17,208 bases of DNA from Candidatus Iainarchaeum sp. Lineage in GTDB: Archaea > Iainarchaeota > Iainarchaeia > Iainarchaeales > JAFCCW01. Shown here piece after piece: positions 7,365 to 15,423 of the stretch. The DNA lies in contig JAFCCW010000016.1 of NCBI GenBank assembly GCA_017609985.1, forward strand, positions 1 through 17,208, in the 5' to 3' direction. Position 1 is the first letter of the stretch. Each line of letters opens with the position of its first letter. Made by a program: the position numbers and the translations under genes. The notes beneath the pieces were generated by a model. That model ran no database searches. It saw only the letters and a list, made by a program, of their open reading frames with translations, and was not told where the DNA came from.

Positions 7365-8314
7365 GCAGGATAATGGTTTTAGGGGGAGCAGGATTTATTG
7401 GAAGCCACTGCACTGAAGAGCTTGTAAAGCAAGGGCACGAAGTTGTTGTTGTAGACAACCTGTTTCTTGGAAGAAAAGAAAATCTTGAAAGTGTAAAAGA
7501 CAAAATAGAATTTTGCAAAGAAGATTATTGCAATAAAGAATTTCTTGAAAAAAAAATCAGAGAACAGGGAACAGAGTATGTTTTCCATTTTGCTGGATTT
7601 TCTTCCGCGCCGATGTTTGACGGAAAAGAAGCAGAGGGAATTGAAAAAAACATTACTGGGTTTGCTCAGCTCAGTAGGCTGTGTGCTGACCATGGAGTAA
7701 AGCGGGTGCTTTATGCAAGCAGTTCAAGCATTTATGGTGATTTAAAAAAGCAGGTTGAAGATGCAAAGGTTTTCCCTCCGAATTTTTATGCAATGACAAA
7801 GTATGCAATGGAGCACACTGCAAGGCTTTTCTGGCAGGAGCAGGGTCTTGAAAGCATTGGTTTCAGGTTTTTTTCTGTTTATGGCAAGAATGAAAAGCAC
7901 AAGGGCAGGTTTGCAAATCTCGTCTCCCAGTTTCTCTGGGCTTTGCAGGAAGGAAATGAAATGATTATTTACGGAGACGGAGAGCAAACACGCGACTTCA
8001 CTTATGTTCTTGACATTGTTAAGGCAATGATTTTGGGAATGAAAGCAGAGGAAGAAAAAGCAAAGGCAAACATCTACAATGTTGGAACAGAAAAAAGTTA
8101 TTCCCTCAATGAGCTGTGCAACGTGCTTGAGAGAGAAACCGGATTGAAGGGAAGAAGAAAGTACATTGAAAATCCGCTTAAAAATTACGTTGAACACACA
8201 AAAGCAGACACTTCAAAGATTAAAAGAGAATTAGGTTTTGAAGCAGAATATGATTTGAGCAACGGGGTTAGTGAGATACTTTCAGACAGCAAGAAAAAAA
8301 CTAGGAGGTTTTAG
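7361..8314 (+). CDS. NAD-dependent epimerase/dehydratase (extended SDR, HldD-like ExHKG motif)
   Basis: GGAGFIG, ASSSSIYG, YAMTK, RFFSVYG..EKHKG, GDGEQTRDF. The GTG start overlaps the upstream TGA (GTGA). Confidence 0.85.
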   Translation: MSRIMVLGGAGFIGSHCTEELVKQGHEVVVVDNLFLGRKENLESVKDKIEFCKEDYCNKEFLEKKIREQGTEYVFHFAGFSSAPMFDGKEAEGIEKNITGFAQLSRLCADHGVKRVLYASSSSIYGDLKKQVEDAKVFPPNFYAMTKYAMEHTARLFWQEQGLESIGFRFFSVYGKNEKHKGRFANLVSQFLWALQEGNEMIIYGDGEQTRDFTYVLDIVKAMILGMKAEEEKAKANIYNVGTEKSYSLNELCNVLERETGLKGRRKYIENPLKNYVEHTKADTSKIKRELGFEAEYDLSNGVSEILSDSKKKTRRF

Positions 8315-8318
8315 GAAA

Positions 8319-9440
8319 ATGCCTGAAGAAAAAACAACAACAATTTCTGTGATAAAGGCTGACGTGGGCAGTTTGCCAGGGCACGTAATTGTGCCAGACT
8401 GCATGCTGGAAATACTGGAAGAGCATTTGAGAAAAGAAATGAAGGAAAGCAAGTTGTTGAACGACTACTATGTTTTCAACTGTGGAGATGATATCGAGCT
8501 TGTGCTGAGCCACAACCGGGGAGAGGATGATGAAAAAATCCACGAGCTTGCCTGGAACGGTTTTATGGATGCAGCAGAGCACGCGCGCAAGAACAAGTTT
8601 TATGGAGCAGGACAGGACCTGCTTGCAGACAGCTTTTCAGGAAATGTAAAGGGACAAGGGCCCGGAGTTGCAGAAATGGAGTTTGTTGAAAGAAAGTCAG
8701 ACCCCTTGCTTGTGTTTGCATGCGACAAGACAGACCCGGCAGCATTCAACCTGCCGTTGTTCAAGGCTTTTGCAGACCCGTTCAATACCGCCGGGCTAGT
8801 GATTGACCCAAGCACTACTGCTGGCTTTGAATTTGAGATAGTGGATGTTTACGACAGCAAAAAGGTTAGAATGAGCTGTCCAGAGGAAATGTATTCAATG
8901 CTTGCTCTGCTTGGAACAACCTCTAGATACGCAGTGAAAAGAATCTGGAAAAAAGGAGAGGAAAGCGAGAAAGAGAGAGTTGCCTGTTCTGTTTGCACTG
9001 AAAAGCTGAATGTTTCAGCAGGAAAGTATGTGGGAAAGGACGACCCAGTGGCAATCTGCAGAGCCCAGTCTGGAATGCCTGCTGTTGGAGAAATCCTTGA
9101 AGGGTTTACTACTGCGCATCTTGTAAGCGGGTGGATGAGGGGAAGCCACAAAGGTCCTTTGATGCCTGTTGCAAGAGCAGATGCTTCGCCAACCAGATTT
9201 GATGGGCCTCCGCGCGTGGTTGGAAAAGGTTTTCAGGTAAGTCATGGAAAACTGCACGGTCCAAGGGACTTGTTTGCTGACGTAAGTTTTGACCACACAA
9301 GAAAACAGTGCATGGAAATAGCACACTATATGCGCCAGCACGGGCCATTTGAACCGCACCGTGTGAGCGAAAAAGAGCTAGAGTATACTACGATGCCGCA
9401 GGTAATGGATGCATTAAAGGAAAGATTTGAGGATATATAG
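8319..9440 (+). CDS. fbp: Bifunctional fructose-1,6-bisphosphate aldolase/phosphatase (class V FBPase)
   Basis: KADVG..GH, GDD, YGAGQDLL..FSGN, DKT, FNTAGLVID, YVGKDDP (aldolase Tyr/Lys), GWMRGSH, FDGPP, RQHGPFEP, EYT. Start set at ATG 8319 behind AGGAGGT (8303-8309). Confidence 0.96.
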   Translation: MPEEKTTTISVIKADVGSLPGHVIVPDCMLEILEEHLRKEMKESKLLNDYYVFNCGDDIELVLSHNRGEDDEKIHELAWNGFMDAAEHARKNKFYGAGQDLLADSFSGNVKGQGPGVAEMEFVERKSDPLLVFACDKTDPAAFNLPLFKAFADPFNTAGLVIDPSTTAGFEFEIVDVYDSKKVRMSCPEEMYSMLALLGTTSRYAVKRIWKKGEESEKERVACSVCTEKLNVSAGKYVGKDDPVAICRAQSGMPAVGEILEGFTTAHLVSGWMRGSHKGPLMPVARADASPTRFDGPPRVVGKGFQVSHGKLHGPRDLFADVSFDHTRKQCMEIAHYMRQHGPFEPHRVSEKELEYTTMPQVMDALKERFEDI

Positions 9441-9455
9441 GCACAGGTGAATGAA

Positions 9456-10196
9456 TTGATTGCTATTGTGATGGCTGGGGGTTTTGCAAAAAGGCTCTGG
9501 CCACTCACAAAAAACAAGGCAAAACCGCTGTTAGATGTTAATGGGGAAAAAATAATTGAGTTTGTGCTGGAAAAAATTGAAGAAGTTGAAGAGATTGACA
9601 GAGTAATAATAACCACTAATGAAAAATTCGGAAAGCAGTTTGAAGAATTTCTTTCAGGCTACAAAGGAAAAAAGAAAGCAGAACTTTTTGTTGAGCCTGG
9701 GTTGAAGAATGAGCAAAAACTGGGTGCTTTGGGCGGGCTTGCTTATTTGATTGAAGAAAAAGAAATTAATGAAGACTTTCTTGTGATTGGAGGCGACAAT
9801 ATCTTTGAATTTGATTTGAATGAATTGATTGAATTGTTCAATGAAAAGGAAAAGAAAAGATTTTGTTTTGCTGTTTATGATATTAAAAGTCTTGAAGAAG
9901 CAAAAAAATTTGGGGTTGTGGAAGTTGATGAAGAAGGAAAAGTCACAAGCTTTGTTGAAAAACCTGAAAATCCAGAAAGCACGCTGATTAGCACCTGCTG
10001 TTATTTGTTTCCAAAAAAGTCAATTAGAATGCTGAAAGAGTATTTGAAGGGCAACAATCCAGACGCTCTTGGATTCTTTGTCGGATGGCTTCGGGCAAGG
10101 GAAGAAATCTATGCAATGCCGTTCTCAGAAAAATGGTTTGACATCGGAAGCTTTGAACAGCTGGAATCTGCGAGAAAGTATTTTGGGAAAAGTTAA
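9456..10196 (+). CDS. Sugar-1-phosphate nucleotidyltransferase (short NTP_transferase family)
   Basis: AGGFAKRLWPLT..AKPLL, GDN, EKP, WFDIG. TTG 9456 is preferred over GTG 9447 because AGGTGA (9445-9450) looks like the SD and the N-terminus then aligns with the paralog at 3981. Start uncertain. Confidence 0.85.
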   Translation: MIAIVMAGGFAKRLWPLTKNKAKPLLDVNGEKIIEFVLEKIEEVEEIDRVIITTNEKFGKQFEEFLSGYKGKKKAELFVEPGLKNEQKLGALGGLAYLIEEKEINEDFLVIGGDNIFEFDLNELIELFNEKEKKRFCFAVYDIKSLEEAKKFGVVEVDEEGKVTSFVEKPENPESTLISTCCYLFPKKSIRMLKEYLKGNNPDALGFFVGWLRAREEIYAMPFSEKWFDIGSFEQLESARKYFGKS

Positions 10197-10221
10197 TTAA
10201 CTGGTTAAGCTTCTTTCTTTC

Positions 10222-10755
10222 ATGGCTTCAAAGGAAATTGAAGAAAAGCTTTTTTCAGCTGAAGAAATTGGGAAGCGGGTGAAAGAGCTTGGAAAAGAAA
10301 TTGCAGAAGCTTACTCTGGCGTGAAAAAAATTACTCTTCTCGTAGTGCTCAAGGGAGCCTTCATGTTTTCAGCTGATTTGGTGAGGGCAGTGCATTCCGC
10401 GGGCGGGCCAGAGGCAGAAGTAGAGTTTGTAAAGGCATCCTCTTACGGAAATGAAACCAGTTCTTCCGGGAATGTGAATGTAGAGTTAAAACCTGACTTG
10501 AAAGGAAAGCACGTGCTGATAGTGGAGGACATCGTGGATTCAGGAAGGACTCTTAAAAAAATGAAGGAAATTGTTGCAGAAGAAGCAGAGAGTGTAAAGA
10601 TTGTTGCCTTGCTGGACAAAAAAGAGAGAAGAGAAGTTGAAATTGACGCTGATTTTGTTGGATTTGAAATTCCAAACAAGTTTGTGGTGGGCTATGGAAT
10701 AGACTATGCTCAAAAATTCAGAGACCTGCCGTATATTGCCGTAGTGAAAGAATAG
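10222..10755 (+). CDS. hpt: Hypoxanthine(-guanine) phosphoribosyltransferase, bacterial-like
   Basis: VLKGA..F.ADL, SSYG, PRPP-binding VLIVEDIVDSGRT, LLDK, FVVGYGIDY...RDLP. Confidence 0.95.
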   Translation: MASKEIEEKLFSAEEIGKRVKELGKEIAEAYSGVKKITLLVVLKGAFMFSADLVRAVHSAGGPEAEVEFVKASSYGNETSSSGNVNVELKPDLKGKHVLIVEDIVDSGRTLKKMKEIVAEEAESVKIVALLDKKERREVEIDADFVGFEIPNKFVVGYGIDYAQKFRDLPYIAVVKE

Positions 10756-10771
10756 AACTTTTCCAAAAATA

Positions 10772-10787
10772 TTTTCAAGCTTGAAAA
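10772..10787. repeat. 16-bp perfect palindrome between convergent genes
   Basis: TTTTCAAGCTTGAAAA in the 45-bp gap between hpt and the deaminase. Confidence 0.75.
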
Positions 10788-10800
10788 CTGTTTCCAATCT

Positions 10801-12054
10801 TTAAGTTTGAAAAATGTCTTCAACTGCTTTATTGAATTTTTCAATTGTTTTTTCTTCGCCCTCGACTTTCCTGTCTTCCATCAGCAGTTCTCCGTTGACA
10901 ATTGAGTGCGTGACAACAGAGCCGTTAGCAGAATAGACAATGTTTGAGTCAAGAGAATGCAGGGGAATTTTTGAAAGCTCTTTCAGGTCAACAAGGATTA
11001 AGTCTGCAAGCTTGCCCTCTTCCACCCTGCCAGCATTGAAGCCCAGGGATTCTGCTCCAGCACTGGTAGCCATTTGGATTGCTTCCCTCGCAGGCAGGAC
11101 AGTTGGATTATTGGAAGAAAACTTCTGAAGAAGTGAGGCAAACTTCATTTCTTCAAACATGTCAAGATTGTTGTTGGAGGAACAGCCGTCAGTTCCAAGA
11201 GAACAGGTTATTTCCTTGGAGCGAAGCATAGAGTAAGGAAACGTGCCTCCTACTGCAAGCTTCATGTTGCTTGTCGGACAGTGAACTGCTTTGCAGCCAG
11301 ATTTGCCAAGCAATCCTGCTTCTTTTTTGTTCAGGTGCACACAGTGGGCAAAAACCTTGTTGTCAGAAAGAAAACCAATGTTTTGCAGGTATTCAGCCGG
11401 GCGGGAGCCATGGTCTTTAACGCAGTCCTTGACTTCTTGGTCTGTTTCAGACAAGTGCATGTGTACCAAAAGATTTTGTTCTTCTGAAAAAGAGTTTATC
11501 CATTCAAGCTGTTCTTTGGTTACAGTATAGATTGCATGTGGCCCAAGAGATGGCTTAAGAGTTTCACACTCGTATTCGCGGAGTGCAGAGAGATTCTTTT
11601 TTGTTTCGCGCCTGCAATCTTCAACAGACTTGTTTGTGCCGATTATTACTGCGTTTAGAACAGACCTCAGACCTGACTTGGAAGTAGCTTTTGCGTTTGC
11701 TTCCGGATGCCAGTACATGTCAAGAAAGCAGGTTGTGCCAGACTTAATCATTTCAAGGCAGGCAAAGGCTGTTCCAGATTCAATATGCTTTGGCTTCAGC
11801 TTTGCTTCTGTTGGCCAGATTTTTTCTTCAAGCCATTGATTAAGAGGCAGGTCGTCAGCGTAACCGCGAAGCAGAGACATTGCAGCATGGGTGTGCATGT
11901 TCACCAGACCGGGAAGAACTGCTTTTCCCCGCGCATCAATCACTTTGTCTGCTTTGTTGCCTGCTTTTTCACTGATTTCTGCTATATTATTATCATTAAT
12001 ATATATATTGGTGGATTTTCCGTCAAAATAGACATCTTTGATGAGAATGCTCAT
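10801..12054 (-). CDS. mtaD: 5'-methylthioadenosine/S-adenosylhomocysteine (5'-deoxyadenosine) deaminase, amidohydrolase family
   Basis: PGLVNMHTH, LLRGYADD, WL...IWP.E, GPHAIYT, HMHLSET, AHCV, HCP.SNMKL, LGTDG.SSNN. Start set at ATG 12054 (MSILIK). Confidence 0.85.
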   Translation of the reverse strand: MSILIKDVYFDGKSTNIYINDNNIAEISEKAGNKADKVIDARGKAVLPGLVNMHTHAAMSLLRGYADDLPLNQWLEEKIWPTEAKLKPKHIESGTAFACLEMIKSGTTCFLDMYWHPEANAKATSKSGLRSVLNAVIIGTNKSVEDCRRETKKNLSALREYECETLKPSLGPHAIYTVTKEQLEWINSFSEEQNLLVHMHLSETDQEVKDCVKDHGSRPAEYLQNIGFLSDNKVFAHCVHLNKKEAGLLGKSGCKAVHCPTSNMKLAVGGTFPYSMLRSKEITCSLGTDGCSSNNNLDMFEEMKFASLLQKFSSNNPTVLPAREAIQMATSAGAESLGFNAGRVEEGKLADLILVDLKELSKIPLHSLDSNIVYSANGSVVTHSIVNGELLMEDRKVEGEEKTIEKFNKAVEDIFQT

Positions 12055-12080
12055 TGCATTTCCTCTCACTGCATTTCCTC
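12051..12080 (-). repeat. 15-bp tandem duplication of the phosphorylase gene end
   Basis: Minus strand reads GAGGAAATGCAGTGA GAGGAAATGCAATGA (1 mismatch). Both copies encode EEMQ-stop. Confidence 0.9.
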
Positions 12081-12758
12081 CAATGATGCGAGAACAAGCT
12101 TTTTGACTTTTTCAGCGTTTGCATTTTTTGCCTTTACTATTGCCTTGTTTGAAAGCTCTTCTTCAGCAAGACCGTGAGCGTAATTGTCAATTGAGCAGAC
12201 ACAGCTATAATCAAGCCCTGCTTCAGAGCAGAGTGTGGCTTCACTTGAAGCAGTCATTCCCACAATGTCGGCAAACTGGGACAACAGTCTGACCTCTGCC
12301 TTTGTTTCCAGGCGAGGGCCGGGAGTCTGAACATAAACTCCTTTTTTGATTGGAATGCCAAGCGATGAAGCTGTTTTCAGGATTGCATTGCCTGTTTTCG
12401 CTCCCATCAAAGGAACATCGTGAACTATCTTTTTGTCAAAAAAGGTTATTGGGGAAAACAAGCCAATAAAGTCTGTCACAAGAGCTAAATCACCTGGTTT
12501 GATTGCCTTATTGAGACTGCCTGTGGAGCAGACTCCAATGACGTGAGAACAGCCAGCTTTTTTTAGAGCAGAAATGTTTGCCTTGTGGTTAATCTTGTGT
12601 GGGGGAATTGCCGGGGGAGAGCCGTGCCTTGCGATGAAGCAGATGTTTCCATCAGAAAAAATTTCTGCGTCTCCAAACTCTGTTTTAACAGTTTCTTTCT
12701 TCAATGATTTGAAGAGAGGAACTTCAAAGAAAAGGCTTCCACAAATTACTCCAATCAT
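12066..12758 (-). CDS. MTAP-family purine nucleoside phosphorylase (probably 6-oxopurine / methylthioinosine type)
   Basis: RHG....PPHKIN..ANI.AL, GSL, GPRLET.AE, VGMT..SE, DNYA. True start is ATG 12758; the ORF-track extension to 13298 is antisense to grpE. Confidence 0.88.
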   Translation of the reverse strand: MIGVICGSLFFEVPLFKSLKKETVKTEFGDAEIFSDGNICFIARHGSPPAIPPHKINHKANISALKKAGCSHVIGVCSTGSLNKAIKPGDLALVTDFIGLFSPITFFDKKIVHDVPLMGAKTGNAILKTASSLGIPIKKGVYVQTPGPRLETKAEVRLLSQFADIVGMTASSEATLCSEAGLDYSCVCSIDNYAHGLAEEELSNKAIVKAKNANAEKVKKLVLASLEEMQ

Positions 12759-12912
12759 AAAATAAGTTAGGGTTGAAGGCAATAAAAGGTTTTCTGAAAA
12801 GGAAATATATAACTTAGAAATAAAAAAAGAAAAAGATAGGAAAAGCAATAAAAACTTTTTGTTCAATAAATTATGCAAATGTCTAAATAGTTTAGTCGCA
12901 ATGTGTTTGGTT

Positions 12913-13425
12913 ATGCCTGAAAAAAAACAACCCAACAAAGAGGAAAAAAACTCCTTAAAACCTGAAAAAGAAGAATCTGAAGAACTGAATAACTTAAAGG
13001 ACAGCATGCAACGTTTGCAGGCAGAGTTTGAAAACAGCAGAAAAAGACTGGAAAGGGAAAAACAGGAATTTGCCTTATTCGCAAACACAGAACTCATAAA
13101 AAAGCTGTTGCCATTGCTTGACAGCATTGAAGCAGCAAAAGAACATTTTGAAAAACAGGAAAATTTTTCGGGAAAAGATTGCGCAAACGGGCTTGAACTA
13201 ATTAAGAAACAATTGTTGGAAATTTTAATTTCAGAGGGATTAAAAAGAACAAAAGCAGTCGGAAAAAAATTTGACCCGCTTCTGCACGATGCAGTCACAG
13301 AAGACTGTGAAGAAGAAAAAGAGAATGAAATCGTGCTTGAAGAATTTCAAAAAGGTTATACTCTAAAAGAAAAACTCTTGAGACCTGCAAAAGTGAAGAT
13401 AAACAAATCAAAGAAAAGTTTATGA
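12913..13425 (+). CDS. grpE: Nucleotide exchange factor GrpE
   Basis: RLQAEFEN.RKR, LLPLLD, FDP..HDAV, QKGY.L...LLRPAKV. Sits upstream of dnaK. The start could alternatively be 12901. Confidence 0.94.
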   Translation: MPEKKQPNKEEKNSLKPEKEESEELNNLKDSMQRLQAEFENSRKRLEREKQEFALFANTELIKKLLPLLDSIEAAKEHFEKQENFSGKDCANGLELIKKQLLEILISEGLKRTKAVGKKFDPLLHDAVTEDCEEEKENEIVLEEFQKGYTLKEKLLRPAKVKINKSKKSL

Positions 13426-13468
13426 AAAAAAGTTTACGAAAATTTGAAAAAAATAGGAGGAATTCAGA

Positions 13469-15343
13469 ATGAGTAAAGTTATCGGAATTGATTTGGGAAC
13501 ATCAAATTCAGCTGCTTCTTTTCTTGAAGCAGGAAAACCAAGAATTGTTTCAAGCGCAGAAGGTGCAAGCATTTATGGCAAAGCTTTTCCAAGCTATGTA
13601 GCGTTTACAAAAGACAACCAGGTTCTTGTGGGCGAACCTGCTAAAAGGCAGGCTGTGAGCAACGCTGAAAACACATTCACTGCATTCAAGAGAAAAATGG
13701 GAACTGATTTCAAGTATACTGCAAACGGAAAAGAATATACTCCACAGCAGTTAAGTGCGTTTATCTTGCAAAAAATAAAAAAGGACGCAGAAGAATTTTT
13801 AGGAGAAAAAGTAGAAAAAGCAGTTATAACCGTGCCTGCTTACTTTGACGACAACCAAAGACAGGCAACAAAGGATGCTGGAAAAATAGCTGGATTGGAA
13901 GTAATTAGAATAATCAACGAACCCACTGCTGCTTCTCTTGCATACGGGCTTGACAAAAAAGAAAAAGAGCAAAAAATACTCGTGTTTGATTTTGGCGGCG
14001 GAACTCTTGATGTGACAATAATGGAGTTTGGAGACGGAGTCTTTGAAGTTAAGTCAACAAGCGGAGATACCCAGCTTGGCGGAACAGACATGGACAACGT
14101 GCTTGTTGACTTTGTTGTGTCAGAATTCAAGAAAGAGCAGGCAGTGGACCTGACAAAGGATAACAGGGCAATGCAAAGAATAAAAGAAGCTGTGGAAAAA
14201 GCAAAAATAGAGCTCTCAACAGTCTTGGAAACAGACATTAATCTGCCTTATGTGACAGCAGACGAATCAGGACCAAAGCATCTTGCAATGAAGATAAAAA
14301 GAGCAAAGCTTGAACAACTAGTTGAACCCACAATAAAGAGATGCGAAAAACCAGTGCAACAGGCTTTGGCAGATGCAAACTTACAGCCATCTGACATAAA
14401 AAGAATAATAATGGTTGGTGGCCCTACAAGGATGCCAGTACTGCAAAAATTTGTTGAAGATTTAATCGGTTCAAAGCTTGAAAGAGGTGTTGACCCGATG
14501 GAGTGTGTTGCAATGGGTGCAGCAATACAGGGCGGAGTATTAAGTGGAGAAGTAAACGATGTGCTGCTTCTTGATGTTACACCACTTACTCTTGGAATTG
14601 AAACACTTGGCGGAATCAGAACACCATTAATTGCAAGAAACACGACTATTCCAACAAAGAAAAGCCAGGTTTTTTCAACTGCATCAGACAATCAGCCAGC
14701 GGTTGACATTCATGTATTGCAGGGAGAGAGAGAAATGGCTAAAGACAACAAGACACTGGGCAGATTCCAGCTTGTTGGAATTCCACCGTCTCCAAGAGGA
14801 GTACCACAGATAGAAGTAAGCTTTGACATTGATGCAAACGGAATAGTGAACGTAAAAGCAAAGGATTTGGGAACAGGGAAAGAACAAGGAATAGAGATTG
14901 TTGCCTCACAAAAACTGAACGAGGAAGAAATTGAAAAAATGAAGCTGGAAGCAGAACAGCACGCAGCAGATGACAAGAAAAGAAAAGAAGAAATTGAAAT
15001 AGTAAATCAGGCAGACGCTCTGACTTACAGCGCTGAAAAAATAGCTGAAGAAATGAAAGGCAAGGTTGATGATGCAAAAATTGAGTCTGTAAAAAACAAA
15101 AACAATGAACTAAAAGCGCTTCTTGAAAAAGAACCAAAAGATACAGGCGCAATAAAAGCAAAATTTGACGAGCTGAACAAGGAAATGCAGGAGATTGGCA
15201 CAGAAATTTATCAAAAAGCACAACAGACAAAGAAACAGGAAACAACAAATAAAGAACAGAAACAAACAGAAGATGAAAAAAAAGAAGACAAGGTTGTTGA
15301 CGCAGACTATGAAGTAAAAGATGAGAAAAAGAAAGAAGAGTAA
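13469..15343 (+). CDS. dnaK: Chaperone DnaK (Hsp70)
   Basis: [56 protein letters not shown] tail. SD AGGAGG. Lacks the N-terminal insert of Gram-negative DnaK (archaeal/Gram-positive type). Confidence 0.98.
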   Translation: MSKVIGIDLGTSNSAASFLEAGKPRIVSSAEGASIYGKAFPSYVAFTKDNQVLVGEPAKRQAVSNAENTFTAFKRKMGTDFKYTANGKEYTPQQLSAFILQKIKKDAEEFLGEKVEKAVITVPAYFDDNQRQATKDAGKIAGLEVIRIINEPTAASLAYGLDKKEKEQKILVFDFGGGTLDVTIMEFGDGVFEVKSTSGDTQLGGTDMDNVLVDFVVSEFKKEQAVDLTKDNRAMQRIKEAVEKAKIELSTVLETDINLPYVTADESGPKHLAMKIKRAKLEQLVEPTIKRCEKPVQQALADANLQPSDIKRIIMVGGPTRMPVLQKFVEDLIGSKLERGVDPMECVAMGAAIQGGVLSGEVNDVLLLDVTPLTLGIETLGGIRTPLIARNTTIPTKKSQVFSTASDNQPAVDIHVLQGEREMAKDNKTLGRFQLVGIPPSPRGVPQIEVSFDIDANGIVNVKAKDLGTGKEQGIEIVASQKLNEEEIEKMKLEAEQHAADDKKRKEEIEIVNQADALTYSAEKIAEEMKGKVDDAKIESVKNKNNELKALLEKEPKDTGAIKAKFDELNKEMQEIGTEIYQKAQQTKKQETTNKEQKQTEDEKKEDKVVDADYEVKDEKKKEE

Positions 15344-15378
15344 CTCTTCTTTTCCTTAACTTCTTTTTTATTTTTTTT
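15332..15378 (+). terminator. Putative terminator after dnaK
   Basis: AAAGAAGAG-TAA-CTCTTCTTT inverted repeat around the stop codon, followed by long oligo-T tracts. Confidence 0.6.
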
Positions 15379-15423
15379 GTCTCTTTAAAGATTGGCAGAG
15401 ATTTGTATATTTGACTGATTTGC

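Noticed and set aside
12796-12855. A-rich tract in the phosphorylase/grpE gap as a replication origin or special element
   Set aside because: No ORB-like repeats and no cdc6 nearby. Consistent with ordinary divergent promoter DNA.
12759-13298. 180-aa N-terminal extension of the phosphorylase in the ORF track
   Set aside because: It is an antisense shadow of grpE plus intergenic DNA. Family homology begins at Met 12758.
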